From Adineta vaga (Eukaryota > Animalia > Rotifera): 64,000 bases of DNA. Made by a program: the position numbers and the translations under genes. The stretch lies in NCBI GenBank assembly GCA_021613535.1, contig CP075492.1:15438001-15502000 (forward strand), given 5' to 3'. Shown piece by piece: positions 1-13,244 of the stretch. The notes beneath the pieces were generated by a model. It saw only the letters and a list, made by a program, of their open reading frames with translations. It was not told where the DNA came from and ran no database searches. Each line of letters begins with the position of its first letter. The stretch's first letter is position 1.

Positions 1-167
1 ACTCGAAGAAAACGTAAGTCGTTGGTACGAGTCATAGTTTTGGATATAGTTGTCAGCATAGCCATTTTTAGGATTAGAATATAGAATTCATATAGTCTCT
101 TTGAGATTGTAGCCTGTATGTAGTAGGGTTTCACAGGTCATGTTGAGTTATGTAATATTTGTTTTAG

Positions 168-3074
168 GATTATATGAGAATGTTTGTTCTCTTATTGTTA
201 ACATAAAACAATATGTTGTGAAATTAAATCTATTTATTAGTATTCCATTAACAAATGATGCCGATATTCTACATCGAAATCGGTATAAAACACGAATATA
301 TTTGATTTTATTACTAACTGCATGGTTTATTCTTATTCTTTATGCATCATTCGAACAAGAAACAAAGATAATTAGTATTGAATCACCATCAGTATCAATC
401 TATGATAAATTATTTTCGAAATATCATGTAACACTTCATTGTCCATGCACTCAATCAACTATAAAATATGAGAGATTTATTTCTCAATTCGAACCTATTT
501 ATCATGGAATTTGTTCAAGTGATTTTATTTCATTAAAATGGCTTGAAAGTATTGAAGATCCCGAAGGTTTATATGCTGATATGATCTATGGTGTTGATTT
601 TCGTTCGATTATTCGTTTGCAATTTCAAATCTTATCACATTTTTGTACGCTTTCAAAAAATACATTGAATACATCATTAATTCTATTTAAACAAACAGAT
701 TTTCTCACGAGAAATATTATTTCTCGAAAAGAATTTTCTATTCGTATTCAAACAATCATTGATCAATTCAAACGACAAACAGCAAATCGATTTATTGAAA
801 TAATGAAATTAATACAATTGATTAATCATGGAAATCAATTCGCCACAATATTTTCATCAAATTGGAAATTTATTTCGAAATATTCATTTGATTACGTTGA
901 TCTATTTCTTGATGAACCTATTCATCTCCTAGCAAAATCACAAACCTATGGTAATGATAATTGTTCATGTGGATTACAATCAAATTGTAGTAAATTATCC
1001 GATTTTCCATTTCGATCATCGAATATTTCTCTTAGACAAACTTTACCTGGTTTTCGTGTTGGTTGTTTTCTTCTTGATTCAATGCTTCAATCAAATCTTA
1101 TTTGTCTTTACAATCAAACATGTGTCGATATGATGCGAGCATCTATTTATTATACCAAACCTTTTCCTGTTGATGCTTTAAATGATACTTTATTATCCAT
1201 GGCAAATATAACAATTGAAACAATTCTTAGTCAACTTTTTGTTATTAAATGGTTAGAAAATATTTCATTTGATCGTTATTTTAATCAATGTCATCCTCAT
1301 TCATGTGAATATTCATATGTAAAACAACGTAATTTAATCTATATTGTTACAACATTAATTGGTCTTTTTGGTGGCTTGACAAAAGGATTATATTTTTCTG
1401 TTTATTATTTAGAATCATTAATATATACAGTTATTAATCATCGAAAAAAGAAGAACAAACAATTAGATATTCCAGTTGTTCATCAAGAAGATATTCATAT
1501 TGAACCAGTGACAACGACAACAACAATACAGGTAAATCTATTCGATTATTTCTAAAGTTGTTCGATTTGTTTTCTTTAGACAAATATGAATTTTGTTGGC
1601 GAACAAGAAATATTGTAAGTAGAACATAGTTTATCGAATTTTTCATCGTCTTCATGTTTAAGATCAATAAGACAAAGATATCGATATCGAATTTTTCTAA
1701 TTTGTTTGATTATTTTGTCAATCATTGCTATTATTACAGTTACGATTGTTTTGATGATCAATCGAAAAATACAACAAGATTTCATTCCATTAATCACATC
1801 CTCAACAATTGTAATGATGAATAGTACAACAACGGAAACATCTTTACAACCCATAGGTAAATTTAGTTAATAAGAATAATCAATAGTGATTCATATTTGT
1901 TTTAGATACATGTTATATGAGTTTGAAATATCAAACGGAAATATATCGAATAGGTCTTCATCCAATATCGTTTATCATTGGTGATTTTAATCAAGATTTA
2001 GCGATTGATTTAATTGTAACCAATGCTGATTCTCATAGTTTGAGTATCTTGTTAGGCAATGGTGATGGAACTTTTCAAACACAATTAATTTATTCGACTG
2101 GAAATAATACATCTCCACGAGAAATTGTCGCTGGTGATTTTAATAATGATACATTCGTAGATTTAGGTAAGTGCACGAAACAAAACTATAGAGCAACTGT
2201 TCTTTTCTCTTTCTTAGCTGTTACATTAGCTACAAAAAACAAAATTATTCTTCTCTATGGTCATAATGCGAATAATTCAATATTTTCATCACCGATCGAA
2301 TTTTCTGGTTATAGTTTTAATAATATTCCTACTGCAATGACGGCAAGTGATATAAATCATGATGGATTTATTGATTTAATTGTCAGTCGTCAGACAAATA
2401 TTTCCAATACAAAAGGCAAATTAATGATCTTTTTAAATCGTGGTGATGGTTATCAATTTGATAATGCAAATACATTTTCAACGATTGCTATGGCTGATAT
2501 TTTCTCAATCATTATTGCTGATTTTGATCGTGATGGTAAAGAAAATGAAATGAGTTTATCTCGACATAATGGTGATATCATAACTTATTCGATTACAAAA
2601 ATAGGTAATTCATTACGAGCGAAACAGATATCAAAACATTTTCTATATGAATATCCATCGATATTAGTTAAAGGAAAATTTAATGATGATGATCTAGATG
2701 ATTTAGCAACGATTTCTTCTCAATCAAATACATTACAAGTTTTACTTGCCTATGAAAAAGGAACATTTGTTCAACAAATTTATTTGACATATCATTATCC
2801 AATATCGATTGCTCGAATTAATTTTAATAATGATCAAATTGATGATTTAGCTGTTTTACATTGTAATGGAACAATAACAATATTTCTTGGAACAAAGATT
2901 GGAATTTTTAATCGAAATTATCTATTATTTCATGTTGATAGAATGAATATTAATCTATGTTTTCAATCAGTGAAAGTTATTGATTTAAATCAAGATAAAA
3001 AAGATGATCTGGTTGTAATTGATACAGAAATGAACAGTATTAGAGTTGTATTAGGAATTGATTGTCATCAATAA
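168..3074 (+). CDS. 5'-partial multi-exon membrane protein: two-TM Cys-rich ectodomain module, a third TM, an S/T stalk and about 7 FG-GAP/VCBS repeats (beta-propeller)
   Basis: ORFs 140-1555 and 1917-3074 join in frame through GT-AG introns 14-167, 1532-1579, 1615-1662, 1857-1905 and 2167-2217. The middle exon encodes IFLICLIILSIIAIITVTIVLMI. C-terminal repeats: GDFNQDLAIDL, GDFNNDTFVDL, DINHDGFIDL, DFDRDG, FNDDDLDDL, FNNDQIDDL, DLNQDKKDDL. Confidence 0.8.
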
Positions 3075-3715
3075 ATGTAAATATTGTCTAAGATTATTTT
3101 AATAAAAATCAAAATAGTTATTAATACTTCAACGATTATGTGTCGAAGGTGAGCTAGATGATAGTATAGTGAGTTCGATGTTAGATGCAAACGTTTGGAC
3201 ACTAACTACAGCCTTTGACGTGTAGTCTTAAGGACAAACCCATGCTGAATTTCATCAAATTAAGGTTATATAGTAACAGGCATCCGAATATTTTTCCAAT
3301 ACGGGTATAAAAATCTGTGGCAGATCATTCGTTTGAAAGAATTATTTTGGATAAATAATAAATCGATATGTAATACGAGATCGGATAAAAAATCAATAAA
3401 TGATAAATTATACGAACGAAATGTAACTAGATACTCTGCACTATTTGAAATCATATTTTCATTATGAAAAACACACATGGACTTTTTTCAACGCATTGAA
3501 ATACGATAAAACGGTAAAAACTTCTAAACGATAGAATAGAAGGTAAGAAATTTTAGAACAAAATTCCTTATCATTGCTTGATACCTATCAACATACAGAA
3601 GAACTATACGACACTCTTGTCACTTCGTATAATGACATGTCCTTGATTCTTACTTGTAGATTTCTTTCATATATATATAAATACACTGTCGAAGACCAAC
3701 TAGATTTTTAAACAA

Positions 3716-5203
3716 ATGGCTACTAAATCTAGCACGTCAATATCAAACATCTGTCTGGTTACTATTCTCTATACTTTACAAGGTTTCAATATTGGACTCG
3801 TTATGAGCATACCATTATTTTTAATTTATTACGGTGCGACATGGAAAGATCGAGGTACATTCAATTTTTCAGGTTATCCATTCTCAATGAAATTACTTTG
3901 GGCACCATTCGTCGATGTTCTTTATATAAAACGATTTGGAAGACGTAAATCATGGCTCGTACCTGTACAAATGATCATTGCTGCTGTTTTATTGGTCTTA
4001 TCATTCTATATTGAATCGTTGATTCTCGCTAATCGTATTGTCATATTGACTATTGTGTTTTTCATCGTTGTTTTTCTTACTGCAACTGAAGATATTTGTG
4101 TCGATGGGTTTGCTATAACTTTATTTGCTGCGACAAATCCTCAATGGGCATCGACTTCTCAAACTGTAGGACAGACGTTTGGTCGCTTTCTTGGTTCTTC
4201 ATTTCTTTTAACATTTGAATCGGCTAATTTTACGAATAAATTTGTTCGTGAACCTCTATCACTACCTCTACAAACATCAGGCTTATTTTCTCTCGCACAA
4301 TTCGTACGTTTTGTTGCTGTAACTTTTGTAATCGTTACTATATGTTTGATTATATTCGTTCGTGAAAAAGAAGAAATCACAAATGATGATGGCGAAAAAA
4401 TCAATGATCTTTCTCTGATAAAAACTTATCGTTCAATTATAAAACTGCTAAAAAAGAAGTGTATTCAACGATTGATGACCGTTTCACTTCTCGTATCGAT
4501 CGCTTTTGTACCGATTCAATTTATGAGCCAATTGGCACTCATAAGGTACGTAATGAAATTTAACTATATTTTACAAATTTTACATTTTGTTTTTAGTCGA
4601 GGAGTGCCAAGGGAAAGTTTAGCTCTTGTTAATATACCAGTAACTCTTGTGACAATCCTAGCACCTTTAGTTATTCGACGTACAAAGAAACCTCTTTACT
4701 GGTTTATTAAAGCTTACATTTTGTATCTTATTACTGCCATTCCATTTGCTATTTATATCTACTTCACTGAAAGAATGATTACTTCTAGTTACTATTATCC
4801 CGTACTGATTTTACTATTTTCAATCAGTGAATTTATTAGAACATTAGGGGCTGCTGCTCATGTCGGATTTTATGCCTCTATTTGTGAACCTCGTATCGGT
4901 GGAACTTATATGACACTTCTTGTTACGATCAGTAATCTAGGTGCTGCTCTAAACTCATCCATTATTCTCTATGCAGCTAATTGGTTTCCAAAAAGATACG
5001 ATTATCTCATCGCAACATGCGTATGTGAACTCTTCGGTATTCTATGGCTTGGATTTTTTTATCGTACATTAACACGACTACAAAATCTACCTGTTTATCG
5101 ATGGTATACAACAAAGCAAGCGAATAATAATAATGCAATTACAATAGAGGATCAAGATCATAAACAGTCATTTATTTCAAAGAACGAGACAGCAATTGAA
5201 TGA
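3716..5203 (+). CDS. SLC33A1: Acetyl-CoA transporter (SLC33A1/AT-1-like, AmpG-related MFS)
   Basis: Motifs LYTLQG, YPFSMKLLWAPFVD..FGRRKSWLVPVQ, ATEDICVDG and IGGTYMTLL. One in-frame 51-nt intron at 4546-4596. Confidence 0.85.
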   Translation: MATKSSTSISNICLVTILYTLQGFNIGLVMSIPLFLIYYGATWKDRGTFNFSGYPFSMKLLWAPFVDVLYIKRFGRRKSWLVPVQMIIAAVLLVLSFYIESLILANRIVILTIVFFIVVFLTATEDICVDGFAITLFAATNPQWASTSQTVGQTFGRFLGSSFLLTFESANFTNKFVREPLSLPLQTSGLFSLAQFVRFVAVTFVIVTICLIIFVREKEEITNDDGEKINDLSLIKTYRSIIKLLKKKCIQRLMTVSLLVSIAFVPIQFMSQLALIRYVMKFNYILQILHFVFSRGVPRESLALVNIPVTLVTILAPLVIRRTKKPLYWFIKAYILYLITAIPFAIYIYFTERMITSSYYYPVLILLFSISEFIRTLGAAAHVGFYASICEPRIGGTYMTLLVTISNLGAALNSSIILYAANWFPKRYDYLIATCVCELFGILWLGFFYRTLTRLQNLPVYRWYTTKQANNNNAITIEDQDHKQSFISKNETAIE

Positions 5204-5427
5204 CTTAAATTTAAATACGAGTATAGAAATGTTTGTATAATCATTTCACTACTAAATTATTTTTAGTAGATTGTATTCTAGAAAAACAAAGAATTATTGT
5301 TAATTTAAACATAGAAAATATGTTCAAATCATACGTAATTTAATCAATACAACTTCTATTGAGTTTTGTAATAGTTAGATGCGAATTTCAAATAAGATAA
5401 ATATGCATATCTTAAATTAATATTCCA

Positions 5428-6336
5428 TCATCTCATCAAGTCTTCCTTCAGCAATTTATATAGTTTTGGACTGATAAATGGTTGACTTATAGTGAATATA
5501 AGCGCGTTTACAGAAGCCGAAACCCATTCAATACGATACACCAATGGATCAAGTTGACCTTTTGGCACATAAATAATCAAATCGATGATTGCTGGTAGTG
5601 ATGCTATACTTAAAATAACAACAACCATCATTATACGTCGAATAACATGATAATCTCGTTGATTGCGTTGTCGATAGCGTAATAATGCTGATGCTTGACG
5701 TATTTTATAGATAATACAAATGTAACATATGAAAATAATCGAAAGAGGTAAACCAAAAACTACGAAAAATAAATACATCAATGAAATAAATTCATTCATC
5801 AATGCTGTACAATAATTTTCATTTGGAATCAATTGCATTCCATTGAAAACAAGAAGATGAGGTAAAACCATACCGAAGGCTACGGCAATTTCACCAGGAA
5901 TAAATACATAGAAATAAATCTTAGGTTGATATAACCATTCATAAGTTGGATAAACAACACGAATAAAACGAAAGAATGCTTGAAGAGCACAACTCCAATA
6001 TAGAGCACTGACTATTGAGAAAAATACATATGCACGAAATTGACAGAAGAATGATTGATTCTGTTCAATAACTAAATAAAAATCTCGTTTTAATGTAGCC
6101 AAATTAACATCAATCAATTGTAGAACACTTTTAGCAATGACAAGACAAAGAGTATTTAGAGAAAGAATAATCGGTACTTCTATTTTGATTTGTCGTGAAC
6201 GATGCTTGACTTGTACAAATCGATAGATAATCAAAAGAACAAAAATCATCGAAATCAATAAGGTCATTGATTCAGCACCAGTTGAAATCATATTCAATAT
6301 CGAACCAGAAGATATTAATGAGGAAATACTTGACAT
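5428..6336 (-). CDS. Divergent rhodopsin-like 7TM GPCR, intronless
   Basis: Seven hydrophobic segments, Cys at the start of TM3 (FFCQFRAY), FRFIRVVYP at the DRY position, GLPLSIIFICY in TM5. Confidence 0.7.
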   Translation of the reverse strand: MSSISSLISSGSILNMISTGAESMTLLISMIFVLLIIYRFVQVKHRSRQIKIEVPIILSLNTLCLVIAKSVLQLIDVNLATLKRDFYLVIEQNQSFFCQFRAYVFFSIVSALYWSCALQAFFRFIRVVYPTYEWLYQPKIYFYVFIPGEIAVAFGMVLPHLLVFNGMQLIPNENYCTALMNEFISLMYLFFVVFGLPLSIIFICYICIIYKIRQASALLRYRQRNQRDYHVIRRIMMVVVILSIASLPAIIDLIIYVPKGQLDPLVYRIEWVSASVNALIFTISQPFISPKLYKLLKEDLMR

Positions 6337-8852
6337 GTTTATTTTCTAAAGAAAAAAAAAAGCAAATTGACAATGTTATGTATGTTATGTGGTTTACCTA
6401 GTGCATATTCAGTTAAGTATATTTTTTTAATATTTATCTTGACACTTAGAGACAAATAAAAAAGAGAGAAAATGAAAAGCATGAGTTCATCATTAGTATC
6501 ATTTTTTTAGTTGATCTATAGAGAAAGAAATATAAAATGACGCAGATAAATGAGTAAAATATTCCATGACAACAATTATTAACGTTCTTTTCTTCTTTTG
6601 ATGAAAAATATCGTTACAAAATAATAGGACTCAAAAGAGGAGAAAAAGAAAAAATCAAATTGATATAACATTTTATTTAATTTGCTTCTCTATTAAACAT
6701 TTATACTTTGTAGTTATACAATAGAATAGAATTTCATCGTCACTTTTCATTGTTTATAGATTTTTTTAAATAGAATATCATTTGTAAACGAATGACATCG
6801 AAGTTTAAAACTCATGCACATACCCACACATATTTCCATTATGAAAGATAAAGATACATTAATAATCACGGATGAATTATGTAGAGATTATTGTTTCATA
6901 ATTACATATTCTCTTTCCTGATAATGTTCTTGTTAGGGCGTTTTGACTTTCGGCTATGTATATATATATAGTCTTTTGATAATGAAAATTCAAGTTCAAT
7001 AATAAATGATCTTTTTTTCTATATAAATGAACAAGTTCTTTTTTATCTCACATCTATATAACACCCAACACCCTCAATTGTATTACATCGTTATAATCAA
7101 TATTGTATGGAAGAAGAAAAAGAAATAAAAAAATCTTGAATAAAACAATATTTTTCTGCTTTTCTGTTTCTTTCTTCACTATTTTCTCTTATATACATAT
7201 ATGGTGAAATTGATAAGTCTCATTGTTCATTTTTAGACATTGTATAATCAATAAAAAATGCACTTCCATTTTAAATGTAAACATTTTTTGCTAAAATTAT
7301 ATGGATTTTACTCCGATAGTATAAGTTATAATGTAGGATCGGAATAGTTTCTTTCGTTTCGAAAGATAATGGACGGTTTTGACAGTCACAGATACACGTT
7401 AGTATAAGACCGCAAGCCATAATCATAAAAATCGTAAAAAAATATGAGAACGCGTACCTTTGTCTTGCCCCCTCCTTTCCTCCTTATGCTTACACGAAAT
7501 TTAAAGGAAAAAAGATACTGAATCGTGTGTTGAAGACCTCGATAAGTTTTTGTTCAGAAATCCTGAGACAGATGGAGTAAAAATACTATGAAAAACTATA
7601 GAATAACATCCCTTAACAAATATTGTACATCTCAAAACGGTTTACATTCAAATTTATTCTGATTATTAGAAAAACTTTACCGAAAATGAATACACTAAAA
7701 ACGTATAATAACCGTTAAACTTCATTTAAAAAAAGCACTGAATCCATCGTGTTTCACATATTGAATCTCGTAGGGATTGCGCTGACAAGCTCTTTTGCAA
7801 TGCTATACTTTTGTCCATTTAAATATGTTTTTTTTAAGAAGAAAAGGGGAACAAAATATTCGCAAGGATAGATTTCAGTAACTATTCATGAAAGAACTAG
7901 AAAACGTGAAGGAGTTTTTATTTTCGACGCCTTTCTTAAATATTCAACATACAATCCATTGAGCGAAGAAACAAGATGAATAGTTCATTAACAAATATTT
8001 AGCATGAAAAGACGACAAACAAATCAACGTCTATCTTTTTTCCAAAGTGTCTGACAAAGACGTGTTCACGATGATGGAAAGTCATTGCATCATTTATTAT
8101 CAATTTATTTCTTATTTTCGATGAAATATAGAAAAAAGTATGGACAAGTAATTTACTAAATATTGATTATACGCTTTTTTTGTCATGCTGACTGCGCATC
8201 GGTATGTAACGTTTGTAATTTCGTTCTACGTTCGATAATATCAACAAATCTTAATTGCTTACACTAAAAAGAGAAAAATACGTAACCTACACATTTTTTA
8301 CTCTGATTCATTGTTTTATTCGTATATATAAGAATGGAGGAGTAACGAATGATTTAGTATAAGTATCAAAGCAAAAGAATCGAGAAAAACACATGGTTTA
8401 GGTTTTGTATTCTGTTATGTTTTTGTTTTTTATTATAGATTCATAACTTACATATTCACTCGTCTCGTTTTCTCCTAACTTCGACCATCGTTAGGTGTAA
8501 TTTCGTGTTGATTACAGTCATGATATTTCTGTTGTAGTGCCACCATTTAAAGAAATTCTTTTCGTATTAGAGTTTAATGTTCGTGGCAAACCTTTAACTT
8601 TCAAGATTCTTCTATCGTACAGAATTATTTTCTACAAGTAAAATCTGTTTTAAAGAGAACTCTGCGTGTAAGAACTTAAAATTGTTATCTACATATATAC
8701 CTTTATTTTGTTCCGTGCTAATTTGTAATATTTTCATTCCGTGTGTTTATAATAAGAATAATCTGTTCGAGTTTATTGTTATTCGACTTCTCCTATCTCT
8801 TTCTCGACACTCTCATCCAAACTTGACGATTTATGACGCTCTGACTTAGAAA

Positions 8853-10535
8853 ATGAAACGTAACTATATTCTTTTTCTTCAGTTCGAGATGACAAATACA
8901 ATGGATTCTGAACAAAATACGAATGATGTGAAACACTCACCGGAAACAATCGATGCTGTTATTATCGGTGCTGGATTTGCCGGTTTGTTCATATTACGCG
9001 AATTACGTGAACGAGGATATTCAGTGAAAGTCTTGGAAGCTGCTGGTGAAATTGGAGGTACTTGGCATAGAAATCGATATCCTGGTGCACGATGTGACAT
9101 CGAAAGTATGCAATATTCCTATTCATTTAGTGATGAACTACAACAGGAGTGGCACTGGTCAGAACGTTTTGCTACACAACCTGAAATTCTTCGTTATCTT
9201 AATCATGTTGCCGAAAAATTCGATTTATTCAAGGACATTCAATTTCAAACTCGTGTAATTAGTATGGTTTATAATGAAGATTTATCATTATGGGCAGTAG
9301 AAACGAATCTAAATGATAAGATATCAGCTAAATTTTGTATTTTGGCAACAGGTTGTCTTTCTGTTCCGAGAGATCCGGATATAAAAGGATTGGATCAATT
9401 TGAAGGTAAAATTTATGTGACTAGTAACTGGCCAAAAGATGATGTTAACTTTGTTGATCATCGCGTGGCCGTGATTGGTACAGGATCATCCGGTGCTCAA
9501 TGCATTCCTATCATTGCGAAACAAGCTTCCCATGTCTATGTATTCCAACGGACACCAAACTATGTTATTCCATCGAATAATAAACCATTTGACACAGACT
9601 ACGAAGAAAATTGGAAGGCAAATTATAATGAACGTCGTCGTCAAATTCTAGAATCATCTGGAGGTATCTTTTTGGATGACGACAAAGAACTTTCGATTAT
9701 GAATATGACTGATAAAGAACGCTTTGAACTAGGATGGGCAAAAGGAGGATTTTCCTTTTATACAGCGTTCAATGGACGATTGAATGATAAGGATATCAGC
9801 GGAATCATTTCTAATCTTATTCGTGACAAAATACGTGAAATCGTTCAAGATCCTGTTGTTAGTGAAGCTTTACTACCATATGATCATTTGTTTGGCAGTA
9901 AACGTCCCTGTGTTTCTGCTCAGTATTACGAAACATTCAATCGTGATAATGTTACGCTTGTCGATATACGTGATCACGGTATTGATGAAGTTACAACAAC
10001 AGGCATTCGGATCTACGATAAACAGTACGACGTCGATGATATTGTACTCGCTATTGGATTTGATGCAATCACAGGATCCATGCTTAATATCGATATTCGT
10101 GGTCGTTCAGGCAAGACACTTCAAGAGAAATGGGCAATAAGACCACGTACTTTACTTGGTATGATGATCGCTGGTTTTCCAAATCTTTTTACCATTACAG
10201 GTCCTGGTAGTCCATTAGATTTAACGAATATGATTCCTCATATTGAGGAGAATGTTAAATGGATAATAAAATGTATTGATCATCTGAAAAAACATAATAT
10301 TTATAGTATAGAACCTACTATCAATGCCCAAAATTCTTGGATGGATCATGTCGACATGATTGCTAAGCAAATCTTATCTTCACGAGGTGATTTCCAAAAT
10401 AATGATTCAAATATTCCACGAAAATCTAGTGTCTACATGCGTTATGCTGGCGGTCTACATAATTATTTAAAAATGTGCGATCAAGTTGCCATGCATGACT
10501 ATGAAAAATTCTTTTTACTCAAACGATCTTCATAA
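8853..10535 (+). CDS. Type I Baeyer-Villiger monooxygenase (cyclohexanone/phenylacetone monooxygenase-like), probably horizontally acquired; likely start ATG 8889
   Basis: GAGFAG and GTGSSG Rossmann motifs, GGTWHRNRYPGARCD fingerprint, ATGCLS, FQRTP, KRPC. No intron in the coding region. Confidence 0.9.
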   Translation: MKRNYILFLQFEMTNTMDSEQNTNDVKHSPETIDAVIIGAGFAGLFILRELRERGYSVKVLEAAGEIGGTWHRNRYPGARCDIESMQYSYSFSDELQQEWHWSERFATQPEILRYLNHVAEKFDLFKDIQFQTRVISMVYNEDLSLWAVETNLNDKISAKFCILATGCLSVPRDPDIKGLDQFEGKIYVTSNWPKDDVNFVDHRVAVIGTGSSGAQCIPIIAKQASHVYVFQRTPNYVIPSNNKPFDTDYEENWKANYNERRRQILESSGGIFLDDDKELSIMNMTDKERFELGWAKGGFSFYTAFNGRLNDKDISGIISNLIRDKIREIVQDPVVSEALLPYDHLFGSKRPCVSAQYYETFNRDNVTLVDIRDHGIDEVTTTGIRIYDKQYDVDDIVLAIGFDAITGSMLNIDIRGRSGKTLQEKWAIRPRTLLGMMIAGFPNLFTITGPGSPLDLTNMIPHIEENVKWIIKCIDHLKKHNIYSIEPTINAQNSWMDHVDMIAKQILSSRGDFQNNDSNIPRKSSVYMRYAGGLHNYLKMCDQVAMHDYEKFFLLKRSS

Positions 10536-11986
10536 TCTTCTACTTCATACTTAAATGAATACAGAGCTGACACTGTATCACAAGAACAATATTTATTTTG
10601 AACACATTCTAGATTATAGAATAAATCAAAAGTTTTGTATTTATTGTTGATCATTATATTACTCAATTAAATAATAAATGTTTTTAATTTGCATTAAGAA
10701 AACGATTCTTTTTTCTTCGAATTATTTTGAATAGATTAAGTAATGCAATGAAGTGTCGCGTTGAAAATTAGAAATTTTCATTTCTGTTAAATTTGGATAA
10801 GAAGTGGTAAGAAGAATAAGTTCCACAACACAAAAAACAAATGTCTGCGATAAAATTCCAACATATATTGTGAAGATTTAGGAAATAAATTATGGGTTCA
10901 AATGTTTGAGTATCTTGATTGGATCGACTTATTTATGGAATTTTATGGTCTTAATAAACGAATTAATCAACTTCTTGAATTTCTGTTACGATTATTTGCA
11001 AAACAAAATGTAGGATTTTGATTTGTGTATAAAGATATTTAATTTAGTCTTATACATTTACAGTTATGAAAGCAATCTGACTGAATGCTAAGATGCCGTC
11101 AAATGCTTAGCTTTTTGTTCGATAATTTCTGTTGTTATTACGCATTTTCTGTGAAACATCTCTTGCGGTTAGTGTCTCTACAATAACCCACGAAAATGTT
11201 TTTACACGAATCCCGCGGATAGATGCGGTATTTTTATAATGATTGCGGTTATACTACTGAACACCGCGGGGTCAAAAATAAACCGTAGCTAACCGCGGTA
11301 ACCTCCAAAAGAACCGCAACATGATGCACCGTAAAAAATCGCGATTGTAAAAATTGTGATGAGATGTGGATTAGTTGCGGTATCAGAGAAGTGCCATCTT
11401 TCATAATTCTATTTTGCAAATGTCTCATTACAAATCGCGATTTCCTGATTTTCTCGAAAGATATTATCATTCTAAATATGGCATAATCTTATAATCTTGC
11501 TAGCTTTTTTCATATTATGTTTGTATAATGGTATATATAATAAAACTTTCAATAGGTCAAGTCATCATTTTATGCGAAATATCCTGATTGGAATTGAATT
11601 TACAATGCTCTTCTTCATAGGAATTGAAAAAATTGTAAGGAAATCATTTCAAAAATAGAAATCTAATCTTTGTTACCAAACCATTATGAACTCTATGTCT
11701 ATATTATAGCTGTTCTTTTTATGTGATAACGTAAGATAAATTCTAACAAAAAATAATTCAGTAAGTCGAAGTAAGAGAAAAATATTATAGAGTTATATAA
11801 ATATGAAATTTAAATAAACGGTTGTTTAATCTAATATTATATGTAATAAAAAGATGACTTCACTACGACAACTATTTATAATAACATTTACAAAATATTA
11901 GAAACATAGCGGGCGGAACTATTAGGCTTGGGGAGACTGAGTTTGGTCTACTCTTTTCCTCTTCAACAGCCTGATAAAATGGTGGA

Positions 11987-12168
11987 TGTAACGTATGTAG
12001 CTTTATTGAGGGAATGAGATTGAGAGAAAACACTCACACTCAGAAGCAGAAGCACTGCTCTTATATATTATCCGCGATCACATATATATGATTCAAAGCA
12101 TCCGACTCATATACGCACAATTCATAGATTCTTTCACTCATGAGTTATCATGGCTGTAGATCATGACA
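11987..12168 (-). mobile_element. Solo LTR (182 bp)
   Basis: TGT...ACA ends. Flanks GTGGA/GTGGG form a 5-bp TSD with one mismatch. The minus strand has TATATAA followed by AATAAA. Confidence 0.6.
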
Positions 12169-13244
12169 GTGGGACACATAGCTCACTTCAATGACAATCG
12201 CTACGGAAATTTTACCAATGCTTGTTTTTATCTCACATAATATGCCGAACAAGGAGTGACCAGTAAGCTTCAATGATTTTCTTATTTTTCTTAGCTCAAA
12301 CAGAAAGGAAGCAGAAAAAGTGAGCGCATATTCCAGTATGTTGGAAAAGTTTTTTCCCAGTAGACAAGATTGAAAGAATATACTGAAGTATGAAGTCGTT
12401 TTTTAATAAAAAAATGCTTTACACGTAAAAAAAGTTTTCTTTCTTGTCTGGATGTTTCGTTGCGTACGAGACGTTAACAACTATTTCATTGTTGCTACGA
12501 AGGAAAAGGAAAAAAACTTTGCTTAAACGCTTCTAATATATTAGTACATTTTTTTTCTTCTAACAGCATTATGCGCGTTTTAAGAGTTTGCTGTGTAGTA
12601 ATACATCAAAATATTCTTCATGCAACTTTTTCGTCTCTTCTGATCGAGGCGCAGTCGTATTATTCATCGAAAATCACCAATAGCTGATAATTATTCTAAT
12701 TCTTCCCATCAGCCCTCTGCTTGTTAGAACTCCATTTATTGTGTCTCAAAAAACCCTGTGTTGACAGTAGATTTATGAAATTTTTCGGAAAAATCTTAAA
12801 ACTTCTAAAGTATTATTACTACCGTTGACTTTATGCTCTTGCCATTGTGTCAACTTTTTTCAGCCTCCCTTCAGCTGAAAGTACTCCGTCGCGTATGGTT
12901 AGAAATTCACATATAATATTATTACAAGTCAATCTTTTCGATTTATAAAATTCAGGTATGCCCATAGAATAATATTTATGTATATTTCGGAGTATAGATT
13001 TACGTACATGTTAAATTCTGATAGATATAAAGCTAGACTTTTCATAACCACATAATACTGTAGTTTAACAACTGAATATTCGATTAAATCTGTATTTTAC
13101 TCTAGGTACTATTTATTAAAATAGATTATGCACTTATACGATAATAATTATTAGTATTAATTATAAATAAAAGCGACTTTCAATCTACATACAGTTCATC
13201 ATCAACATGAATGTTTCAGGAAGTTCGATAAAATTAATGATACG

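Noticed and set aside
1616-1618. Apparent premature TAA in the first gene
   Set aside because: It lies inside a plausible 48-nt intron (gtaagt...tttaag, 1615-1662) whose removal keeps the frame.
6400-8800. Long non-coding stretch, possibly TE relics or an ncRNA
   Set aside because: No termini, tRNA/rRNA signature or convincing structure could be supported.
11249-11470. 73-aa ORF as a possible transposase
   Set aside because: It lies in the subterminal repeats of the element and has no DDE or other domain.
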